Shown here: positions 1-7,748 of the stretch, piece after piece | Numbering within the stretch: the first letter of the stretch is position 1 | How the letters are laid out: the number at the start of each line of letters is the position of its first letter | Origin: an uncultured Bacteroidales bacterium | GTDB lineage: Bacteria; Bacteroidota; Bacteroidia; Bacteroidales; ML635J-15 | DNA: 56,937 nt | Reading direction: 5' to 3' | Assembly: GCA_964615585.1 (NCBI GenBank) | Contig: CAZTNS010000003.1 | Coordinates: forward strand, 1 to 56,937 | Made by a program: the position numbers and the translations under genes | The notes under the pieces: model-generated | The model's input: the letters and a program-made list of their open reading frames with translations, nothing else | Database searches by the model: none | Told to the model about the DNA's origin: nothing

Positions 1-272
1 TTTAACCCATTGATTATCTGGAATTTAATATGTTTTACAACACTTCTATAACATGTTGGTTATCAACCTGATAGCATCTCCGAAACTTCAGTAATAAATT
101 ATCTAATTGACAATCTAACTTAATTGGTGGAGTCTTAGTGGCTTTTTTATTCATGACTTTGCCTTAATGAAATTTGTATTTATAAAGATACATATTATTA
201 ATCATTTGAAGCATTGCTTGTAAGAAATTGGTTTTGCTTCTCATACTTTGTTGGTATCCCTCTTAATTTGTG

Positions 273-1031
273 CTAAATTGTTTTTAACAATTCATTCAGC
301 ATAATTTGCATTCGCTCAATATTTCCTTCACAATTAATGTAAACTTGCATGTAAATGTTATCTACTTCACGCTGGGATAGTGGGGCTTGTGCTCTGCTGT
401 GTTGCCAGATAATATCTTCCATGATTTCTTTAAGTGATAGGTCGATATGTGTTAAATTGTATGCTTCCATACATTTAATTCTTTCATCCTGGACGATTTG
501 TGAGGCAACATGTTCTTTAAATTCATCAGCGTTAAAAACTTCCATGTAATTTTGATAGATTCGTTTTGCTTTATCTTGATCCATTGAAATGTTTTCATTT
601 TCAATTAAATGCTTAATAAAGAGAATGAAGCTTGCTCTCAAATCCTCGTCAACAAAATCATAGTTGAAATCTATGTATGCTTTTTGTTTTTCTGCAGGTG
701 CTGATTTTGCAATTTCTGTATTTTGTTTTTGTGGGAGTTCATTGATTGGGTTTTGTAATAAGTCGCGTATCTCATAACATGTTGTTGCATATTGCTCACG
801 GGAAAAGTCAATGAGTCCATACTTCTTTAAGCTATTGCGACATGCTTTAATGGTGTTGATGGCCATTTTCAACTCATCATGCAACTTCCGCAAGGATATT
901 TCACAGCTTAGCGTATGACTGTTGCAATTAGCAATAAAATGCATGTATAATATCCATTCATTTCGGGAAAGCTGATTTTCAAAAGCTTTTGCAGCTTGTT
1001 TTAATCTGGTTTTCTTCTTAAAATTTATCAT
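273..1031 (-). CDS. HTH-containing replication initiator / DnaD-like protein (putative)
   Basis: 252 aa; N-terminal wHTH-like segment (ISLRKLHDELKMAINTIKACRNSLKKYGLIDF) typical of phage/ICE replisome organisers; two weakly repeated C-terminal helical modules; lies downstream of primase/helicase. Confidence 0.55.
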   Translation of the reverse strand: MINFKKKTRLKQAAKAFENQLSRNEWILYMHFIANCNSHTLSCEISLRKLHDELKMAINTIKACRNSLKKYGLIDFSREQYATTCYEIRDLLQNPINELPQKQNTEIAKSAPAEKQKAYIDFNYDFVDEDLRASFILFIKHLIENENISMDQDKAKRIYQNYMEVFNADEFKEHVASQIVQDERIKCMEAYNLTHIDLSLKEIMEDIIWQHSRAQAPLSQREVDNIYMQVYINCEGNIERMQIMLNELLKTI

Positions 1032-1253
1032 ATTTTCATATTTTTATAAATCATTGCTTATATCAATACTGATTCTATACTGGTATCAGAAGGTATCACA
1101 TTTTGCCATTATCATAAATGACACTGTTAAAACTGATACACTTTTCTTATTTATGATTTCATTTGTCATAGTTTGCTTGATTTTCACGTCTGCCTTAAAT
1201 GCCTTATTTGTAAAAGCTCATTGTTTTTTAATGCATGTTCTTTTGTCTCCATA

Positions 1254-2612
1254 TCAGTTGGATTTTATTGATAATAATTCTTTAAATGCTTGCAAGCGTG
1301 TTAATGCCGATATGAATGTATTATTTCCGTTGTGTGCTTTTATGCATTTTAAGTGGCTGTTTGCAAATTTTTTAGCATCCAATATTGTTGAGTAGTTGTT
1401 AAGCTTGATTTTCCCGGATGGTAATTTGATACTTTTAAAAAAGTTTTCAAGCTCAAGTATTTCCCGGCTCCATGTCTCCGGTTTTTGTCCTGTAGTGTTA
1501 ATTTCTATTTCAAAATCTGTTGCATCATCTTCTGGTGATGGTTGAATTTCATGCAGTGGCTCAGGTTCTGTTTTGTGTTCTATTGGTTTTTGCTTTCTGA
1601 ATAATCGCCAATCCTGTTTTATTAAATAATCTGCAATGTCCATTCCTTCACTTTTATCTCGCTCCGGAGCTAATTTTTCCAGTAAGTCCGAAAAAACAAA
1701 GTTTGTTCCTGGCATCTGCTTTTCAAACCTTTTGGCTTTGATTTTCCATTCTGAAAAGGTGCAACCGTCTTTTGATAAGTCAGGAAACACAAAAATATCC
1801 CTGCCTTTGAGTACCTGAATTTTATCAAATGAAAAACTGCTTTTGTTGTAAACTGCAAGCCAAATAAGGTTTTTTTCATTGTCAGGAAAACCAAAATACA
1901 GGCTGCCATAAATTGCTGTCTTTGGAGCTTCAACCAATGCAACGGGGTTTTGTGGGTATTTGCTCAACAGGTGCTCCCCAAATAAGCATGAAATACGTTT
2001 ATCCTGCTCTGTGTATTGCCTTAACCAATTCGGCAACGGTTCGTTTTTTTGGGTGAAATGTTTTTCAAGCATGGAATGTAAAAAGTCCGTGCCGGTTGTG
2101 TGGTTTTGTTCATCAAATTGCTTTACCTGAATGGCTCGTACATTATTATTAATATCAATGAAAGGGATTGTAATTGCTCCGGCTCTGTAACCTTTGGCAA
2201 TTGTGCCAATTCTGTATAAGCGTATCGCTTTCACAATATCGGTCACATCAAATGGAAACTGAACGCTCTTAAGTAGGTTTTGAATAAAGACATTCTTTTC
2301 GTATCGGTCTGGATCCAAAGTGTGTTTGAAAGTATCAAAGTCAAAATAAACAGGTTGTGGAGAAGGCTGTGGTTTTTTCCGCTTTTTCGGCATTTGTGAA
2401 GCTGTTTCAGTGTTTGCCTGTTCTGTCGCATATCCATTGTGATAAGGATTTAGGTGGTAGCTGCATTTGCTTTCCCGGTCGCATCTGCCGTATTGCTCCG
2501 GTAAATAGTTTCCTGTTTCGCTCTCAATATACCTTACAAAAGATTTTTTCCCACAAGCTGGGCAAAGGTGTTTCCGACTGCCTTTTTCTAATGTGTATCT
2601 GTATTCATTCAT
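1254..2612 (-). CDS. Primase-like protein (N-terminal zinc ribbon + TOPRIM-like; DUF6371-like family)
   Basis: 452 aa; CPAC...CDRESKC zinc ligands; VEAPKT, VFPD and DIADY acidic TOPRIM-type motifs; context next to helicase. Confidence 0.7.
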   Translation of the reverse strand: MNEYRYTLEKGSRKHLCPACGKKSFVRYIESETGNYLPEQYGRCDRESKCSYHLNPYHNGYATEQANTETASQMPKKRKKPQPSPQPVYFDFDTFKHTLDPDRYEKNVFIQNLLKSVQFPFDVTDIVKAIRLYRIGTIAKGYRAGAITIPFIDINNNVRAIQVKQFDEQNHTTGTDFLHSMLEKHFTQKNEPLPNWLRQYTEQDKRISCLFGEHLLSKYPQNPVALVEAPKTAIYGSLYFGFPDNEKNLIWLAVYNKSSFSFDKIQVLKGRDIFVFPDLSKDGCTFSEWKIKAKRFEKQMPGTNFVFSDLLEKLAPERDKSEGMDIADYLIKQDWRLFRKQKPIEHKTEPEPLHEIQPSPEDDATDFEIEINTTGQKPETWSREILELENFFKSIKLPSGKIKLNNYSTILDAKKFANSHLKCIKAHNGNNTFISALTRLQAFKELLSIKSN

Positions 2613-2627
2613 AATTTTTTCATTTTA

Positions 2628-2682
2628 GCGTTCACGGTGTTCACAGCGTTCATGGTGTGAACAGCGTGAACGATGTGAACAC
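2628..2682. repeat. Six 9-bp-period units: 3x GTTCA(C) followed by 3 inverted GTGAAC
   Basis: gcgttcacg gtgttcaca gcgttcatg gtgtgaaca gcgtgaacg atgtgaaca read directly between the helicase stop and the primase start. Confidence 0.9.
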
Positions 2683-3765
2683 TTATAATTTTAAGTACTT
2701 GTTTACTGCTCCAACTGAAATACTTAACTCACTTGCAATTTGCCTTTGTGAAAGTCCTTTTCCCCTTAAGTCTTTTGCTTGTTCAATTAGGTTTTCACGG
2801 TCACCTTCATTAAATTGCTTGAGATGTTCCCTTTCCGTTCCGAAATTCATAAACTCAAATTCAAGAAAATTAAATGGCTTTTGTATTTGACAAATTATTA
2901 TGTTTTCAGTGTCGAAAATAATTTCAGTATTTCGGGCTTTAATCTGCTTCAGATAGCGTATGCTCTTGTCTGTTTGGCTTTCACCTATGGCAAAACAGCT
3001 ATCTACAAAGTTTATAAGCATTTTACTGCCTTGTAAGTCGTTCCGGGTAATCGGTTTTGATAAATCCCTTTTCGGTGTGTGTGCAAGTGCTAAGATTGAT
3101 AAGTTGTGTTTACTTTTCAGTGCCTTTAATTGCTTCATTAATGGGAGTGCATCCTTTGCCTTTTCCGTTTCATTTTTCAAATAAGTAATATTGTCAATGA
3201 TCAGGATTTTTGCCTGTGTATCAATTATACTTTGTTCAATTGATTGATTAAGATAATTTTCAAACGTTTCGTTTTCCGGCAATTCTGCATCTGGGTTTAT
3301 TTCAATTCGCTTAAAACTATCATCAAATAAAAAATGCCTGTCGTATGTTTTGGTCGCTTCATTTTTTATTGAATATCTGACTTCAAATTGTTTTGCAGAT
3401 AGTTCAAAATCAAAATATAAAACGGGTTGTTGTTTTGCTTCTAGTTTGAAACCGGGTATTTGTTTGCCGCTGCTTATACTGTTGGCAATTTGAACGGCTA
3501 AAATAGATTTCCCCAAATTAGTATCTGCAAACAAAATACAAATTTCGTTTTCATGCCAAAGCTCACTAAATAACATTTCAGGAATGGGCGTTTGTTTTGC
3601 TTGCTCCAGCCACTGATTGGCAGTTTTAACTTTAAACAGCCCTTTGTTTTCCTTGTTCGCATCAACCTGTTGTTGCATCTGCTCAATATGGCTTTGCAAT
3701 CTGTCCGGTGTGATCGGCTGTAAGTGTTTACTTTCCCAAAGGTCGGTTGGTATTGTCGTATTCAT
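2683..3765 (-). CDS. AAA_25 / RepA-like (SF4) helicase-family ATPase with C-terminal HTH
   Basis: 360 aa; Walker A variant ADTNLGKS, Walker B ILIIDN, LAHTPK, KARN arginine finger; C-terminal HTH GLSQRQIASELSISVGAVNKYL. Confidence 0.8.
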   Translation of the reverse strand: MNTTIPTDLWESKHLQPITPDRLQSHIEQMQQQVDANKENKGLFKVKTANQWLEQAKQTPIPEMLFSELWHENEICILFADTNLGKSILAVQIANSISSGKQIPGFKLEAKQQPVLYFDFELSAKQFEVRYSIKNEATKTYDRHFLFDDSFKRIEINPDAELPENETFENYLNQSIEQSIIDTQAKILIIDNITYLKNETEKAKDALPLMKQLKALKSKHNLSILALAHTPKRDLSKPITRNDLQGSKMLINFVDSCFAIGESQTDKSIRYLKQIKARNTEIIFDTENIIICQIQKPFNFLEFEFMNFGTEREHLKQFNEGDRENLIEQAKDLRGKGLSQRQIASELSISVGAVNKYLKL

Positions 3766-3768
3766 GAA

Positions 3769-4116
3769 TTATCTTTTCTTTTTGGAGTTCAGATAAGATT
3801 CAGCATCTGCAATAATTTCAGCGTTTGTTTTTTTACGACCCGAACGTATCCAATCGGTTAAAACCTGTTTATCAAAATATAAGCGTTTACCTTGTTTGCA
3901 AACCCCGGGCAGCTCACCCTTGCTGGTTTTAGTGTAAATCGTTGGGACTGTTAAGTGCAATAACTCGGCTGCCTGTTGGATGGTTAATAGCTCGTTTTGT
4001 TCGGGTTCAGGTTGAGGCTCATCCCTTTCAAACAAAAAGTTTCTAATTTCATCGAGTTGTTTACTCATCCGGCTAATTTCGTCCGGTAATTCATTAAAAG
4101 TAATTTTGTCTTGCAT
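3769..4116 (-). CDS. Excisionase-like helix-turn-helix (HTH_17/AlpA-type) DNA-binding protein
   Basis: 115 aa; LLTIQQAAELLHLTVPTIYTKTSKGELP...GKRLYF motif; near the integrase. Confidence 0.85.
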   Translation of the reverse strand: MQDKITFNELPDEISRMSKQLDEIRNFLFERDEPQPEPEQNELLTIQQAAELLHLTVPTIYTKTSKGELPGVCKQGKRLYFDKQVLTDWIRSGRKKTNAEIIADAESYLNSKKKR

Positions 4117-4190
4117 ATTTGTATTTTTAAAGATTCAATACAAATATGAAGCAACGTAAAGTTCAGGCAAACAGATTAGTAAACCAAGTA

Positions 4191-4212
4191 TAAATTAGTA
4201 TTAAATTAGTAT
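4191..4212. repeat. Perfect 11-bp tandem direct repeat TAAATTAGTAT x2
   Basis: Read directly upstream of the excisionase-like gene. Confidence 0.8.
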
Positions 4213-4223
4213 GTTTTTGGCTT

Positions 4224-4895
4224 TTATTTACTAAAATTAGTTTTTTCACTTTCAAATTTGAAGCCATTGAAGTAATTAGTGTATAATTTTACATACCGGT
4301 CTTTTGTGCCGTGTTGGTGTCCTGCTAATTCATTCCAATATTTATAAAATATTTTTCTAACTTTACTTGTGGTTTTGGTCTGGTTTCTCAAAAAATCAAA
4401 CATTTCTGCTGGTGCTGTTTGCTTTTCAAATGCAAGTTCAAGGTATGTATGTAAGGTGTCTTCATTTATGAATTTTCCCTTAACTAATTTTTCATGGAAG
4501 TATTTATATATTTTTTCTTCTAAAACATGGTCGAAATTATTTATAAATTCAAATTGAATTTGTTGTGGCTGGGTTTTTTGATCCAGTAATGCCTTTTCAA
4601 GTTTATGCAATTCGTTTTCCAAAAATTCCCGAAACAGTCGGTTTCCCTCAAAATTCACACTTCCACAGTATCTTACTACCTCTCTATAATGTGACAGCAT
4701 AGATCTATCCATTTCTACGATTTCAACGTCTTTTAATTCGCCTTTGATAAAATCAATTTTTGAGGGTATGGATAAATACTTTGTTTGCTCAAAGTAGTCT
4801 TCTTTCAATTGTTTTAATAGGATTGCTATATCCTCACCCATGCTCTCTTTTAATTCTTTTTCATCTAATTTCCCACTTTTGTCCTTATTGGCCAT
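4224..4895 (-). CDS. Hypothetical protein of the integrative element
   Basis: 223-aa ORF packed between integrase and excisionase on the same strand; no motif recognised. Confidence 0.6.
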   Translation of the reverse strand: MANKDKSGKLDEKELKESMGEDIAILLKQLKEDYFEQTKYLSIPSKIDFIKGELKDVEIVEMDRSMLSHYREVVRYCGSVNFEGNRLFREFLENELHKLEKALLDQKTQPQQIQFEFINNFDHVLEEKIYKYFHEKLVKGKFINEDTLHTYLELAFEKQTAPAEMFDFLRNQTKTTSKVRKIFYKYWNELAGHQHGTKDRYVKLYTNYFNGFKFESEKTNFSK

Positions 4896-4939
4896 GTCTC
4901 AGATTTTCTGTATTATAGTTTACTATAATGAGTTTTGCT

Positions 4940-6184
4940 TTAATTGCTGCTACCTGCTTTACTAAATCCGGCAGTTAGTACATTGGTTTGCTTCATTATT
5001 TTATCATCTTCAAAGCTGTCCAAATAGTTCTTTGTTACAATTACGGAGCTATGCCCTAATAATTCGCTAATCATTTCCGTTGTGGCTCCAGAGCGTTTTA
5101 AAACGGTAGCAAAGCTATGCCTTGCTGTATAAGTTGTTATTTCCTTTTTTATTTCCAATTCTCGGGCAATTTGCTTCATGTATTTGTTGATCGTTTTTAC
5201 TAATTGCTTTACAACTTTGTATTTCTGTTCGTCTGTCATCTGGTGGTTGAGGTGTGGGAATATGTAATCATCTTTATTGATGGAGCGTTGTCCCCAGATT
5301 TTGATGATTTTCCGGGTTTCTGGCTTCAATGCAACCCTTATTTGTGTGGCTTCATTTTTACGTTTTGTTTTTTCCCGTACGTATGTAAGCATGTCGCCGT
5401 CAATATTAGCCCATTTCAACAAACAGAAGTCTTTAACATTCATCCCATTGCTTAAATATAGGAACATCCAATAATCCCGTGCCATTTCCTTAGTTGTACC
5501 TTTCGGGATTGTGTGGTTATACACTTTAGCAACGTCCTCCACTGTCAGGGCTTTTTTTATATTCCTACCTGTTGGAATTGAGTATTTGCCGTTTTTTCCC
5601 CCAAATGGATAAATGCTTAAGTCAATGCCTTGCCTGTTGTATATCGTTCTTAAACTACGTAAATAAATACCAACGGTTGTTAGGCTATTGCCTTGTTCTA
5701 ACATCCAGTTTTCATATTTCTTTAATAGTCCCGGAGTGATCTCGGCAAATGTCGGGTTCTTTTTAAATGCTTCAAGGCTTTTTTTTGCACACTTATAGCT
5801 TATTGCGGTGGAGACACGTTTTTCGCTATGGAGTTCTTCAATATACTTATCAAAAGCAAATGAAACGCTGTCTGCTACATTTTTATTTTCAAAATAAGCG
5901 ATTTCAAAGTTGTCAAACGTAAAAACTTTTAAATCATTGATAACCTGCTTTGCTTTATCCAGTTGGTGTATAATGGTGTTGTATGTTTGTTTTTGAACTT
6001 CTGTTTTACGCTTCCCATTTCCTGTCGGGTTCATTACTTTTTCAAATTCATCAGGTGTTAAGCTTATCCCGGTGGATACGTATTTACGTTTCCGGTTGTG
6101 AGTAATCTTTATTTTGACCGTACATTTTCCGTCTTTTCTCGGTCTTAGTTTGTCCAAATAAATATCTGCATTTGCTTTATTCAT
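4940..6184 (-). CDS. Tyrosine recombinase / site-specific integrase (Bacteroidota type: arm-binding, SAM-like and catalytic domains)
   Basis: 414 aa from ATG 6184; N-terminal YLDKLRPRKDGKCTVKIKITHNRKRKYVSTG arm domain; YTARHSFAT, LLGHSS and terminal Tyr (TKNY); box I reads GMNVKD. Confidence 0.93.
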   Translation of the reverse strand: MNKANADIYLDKLRPRKDGKCTVKIKITHNRKRKYVSTGISLTPDEFEKVMNPTGNGKRKTEVQKQTYNTIIHQLDKAKQVINDLKVFTFDNFEIAYFENKNVADSVSFAFDKYIEELHSEKRVSTAISYKCAKKSLEAFKKNPTFAEITPGLLKKYENWMLEQGNSLTTVGIYLRSLRTIYNRQGIDLSIYPFGGKNGKYSIPTGRNIKKALTVEDVAKVYNHTIPKGTTKEMARDYWMFLYLSNGMNVKDFCLLKWANIDGDMLTYVREKTKRKNEATQIRVALKPETRKIIKIWGQRSINKDDYIFPHLNHQMTDEQKYKVVKQLVKTINKYMKQIARELEIKKEITTYTARHSFATVLKRSGATTEMISELLGHSSVIVTKNYLDSFEDDKIMKQTNVLTAGFSKAGSSN

Positions 6185-6195
6185 ATCATTAATTA

Positions 6196-6245
6196 TTGTA
6201 ACACATTTGTAACACAAATGTAACAAAACATAACAAAATAAACAA
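6196..6245. repeat. TGTAACA repeats at 11-bp period; candidate arm-type integrase sites
   Basis: tgtaaca at 6197, 6208 and 6219 plus degenerate taacaaaa at 6231, between integrase start and att. Confidence 0.6.
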
Positions 6246-6341
6246 TAAATTATTTAAATAATTATCAACTGTAGGTGCTGCTAATTCAGGCTCTAACTTT
6301 AATTTTATTTGAATTGTTGGTTTATTAATTGGTGCCTCAGG

Positions 6342-6388
6342 TCTGACTACGGATCAGAAGGTTGGGGGTTCGACTCCTCCCAGGTTCA
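6342..6388 (+). tRNA. 3' half of tRNA-Arg(ACG), not an intact tRNA; att-site duplication
   Basis: Anticodon arm tctga-CTACGGA-tcaga, T-arm ggggg-TTCGACT-cctcc and 3' acceptor strand caggttc-a are present; no complementary 5' acceptor strand (gaacctg) or D-arm upstream. Confidence 0.85.
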
Positions 6389-6395
6389 CAATTTC

Positions 6396-6424
6396 AAAAG
6401 GCCGGTCAACACCGGCCTTTTTTA
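6396..6424 (+). terminator. Intrinsic terminator, probably the native terminator of the tRNA-Arg locus
   Basis: aaaaggccggt-caac-accggcctttttt hairpin with T-tract. Confidence 0.85.
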
Positions 6425-6858
6425 TTGACATACGGAATTCGGGGATGTATGTTTTGCTTATCATTTGTTCAATCATTTTTTTGTTCATTTTTGGTAACGG
6501 AAAAGGAGGCCTGAGAGAATTCAAGTTTATTGGTCAATATCCATCAAAAAAGTAAATTTAGTGATCATAACTAACCAGATATTAAAACAATACAGCATAA
6601 ACCAAATCGAAACCCAATAACGAATCTTTTTTTAATGCTAAAAAAAGTGTAATTTCGCAAACAATTAAAGTTAACTTGTTAAAAGTGTTTGCTGGAAGAT
6701 GATAAGACATCAGGTTTTGAATAAGAAAGCCTTAAATACAAGGTGCTGAACACAGGCAGAAGGGAGTCAGTCGAAAAGACTTAGACATAAGATTATAACG
6801 CAGAAACCGAAGATGATAAACACACAAAATACATGTAATTTTTTATCTCACACCAGTA

Positions 6859-6866
6859 TAAATTTG
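6859..6866 (+). promoter_or_regulatory. Bacteroidota -7 promoter box TAAATTTG upstream of the ECF sigma gene
   Basis: Matches TAnnTTTG about 100 bp upstream of the start. Confidence 0.4.
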
Positions 6867-6968
6867 TTACCCGAAAACAATGCTCAATTATCTACATAAA
6901 CAATAACTGTATTATCATCCATAATTTTTTGTATATTGTAAATATTGTAAAAAAAAATTTCAAAATTG

Positions 6969-7748
6969 ATGCAATTAAGCAACAAATCAGATAAGCAAGA
7001 ACAAAACGGGTTTTACCAAACCCTGAATCATTTAATAAACAAAGTTGTGATGCGACATGTTTCCAGGGGAGTAATTCCCACAAGGGAACAGGAAGATGTT
7101 AAAACATCCATCCTGGAGAAATTCCTTTTAAAGCAGAATAAAATTGATGGTTCTTTTCAGGGAAAGTCAAAAATCGCAACATATTATACTGCAGTTATAA
7201 ATCGTATGTGTGCTGAAGTAATAAGAAAAGAACAAAAACACTGGTATGCTGTAAATGAATTTGTTGAGAACAGCACGCCTCATGATGCAACTTTAAGTTT
7301 TGATGCTGCAAAGGAAGTTATGGTAAAAGAAGAATTAAAAAGATTCATGGCCAGCATCATGCTTTTTAACGGCAGTCAATCTAAAGTAATACTGCTGCTA
7401 AAATACTATTATGATATTCCCTTGCTGCCCGGAGATGTTGCAAATTATGCAGGCGATAAAGAAAAAGAGGCAATTAAAATACTGGCCGGCAGAAGTGGAT
7501 TGTCAAAATCCGTAGTAAATGAAAGGCTGGCAAAGTTGGTTTTCCTGGTTGAACAAAAAAGAATGACTGGTGATGCCATTAGAATGTGGATAAATAAGCA
7601 GGTAGATATTCTGCTATACAGAATGAATGGAAGGAACAAGAGTTTTCATAACAAAGAGACGATAGGTGTAATGCTTGAAATGAAGTTTAATACAAATCAA
7701 AAAATTGACAATAATAAAGGTTATAATGCCTTAGATGATGCAAAATAA
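6969..7748 (+). CDS. ECF-type RNA polymerase sigma-70 factor, atypical
   Basis: Sigma2-like EQEDVKTSILEKF...FQGKSKIATYYTAVINRMCAEVIRK; sigma4-like VILLLKYYYDIPL...RMTGDAIRMWINKQVDILL; overlaps an anti-sigma-like gene. Confidence 0.65.
   Translation: MQLSNKSDKQEQNGFYQTLNHLINKVVMRHVSRGVIPTREQEDVKTSILEKFLLKQNKIDGSFQGKSKIATYYTAVINRMCAEVIRKEQKHWYAVNEFVENSTPHDATLSFDAAKEVMVKEELKRFMASIMLFNGSQSKVILLLKYYYDIPLLPGDVANYAGDKEKEAIKILAGRSGLSKSVVNERLAKLVFLVEQKRMTGDAIRMWINKQVDILLYRMNGRNKSFHNKETIGVMLEMKFNTNQKIDNNKGYNALDDAK

Larger units (their letters stand above)
1..6388 (-). mobile_element. Right-hand part of an integrative element (IME/phage-satellite-like) inserted in tRNA-Arg(ACG); left boundary lies outside the window
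   Basis: Co-oriented integrase, excisionase-like HTH, helicase-like ATPase, primase-like and Rep-like genes, ending at a 3' tRNA-Arg fragment (6342-6388) that is followed by a terminator. Confidence 0.85.

Noticed and set aside
3-15. IHF consensus site (aatcaatgggtta, minus strand) at the window start
   Set aside because: A single match in AT-rich DNA at the edge of the window, with no context to evaluate it
4940-6226. 428-aa integrase start at 6226
   Set aside because: The extra 14 codons are just the translated TGTAACA repeats; ATG 6184 fits the family N-terminus
6316-6390. Intact tRNA-Arg gene
   Set aside because: No 5' acceptor strand complementary to caggttc and no D-arm; only the 3' half is present, so it is treated as an att duplication
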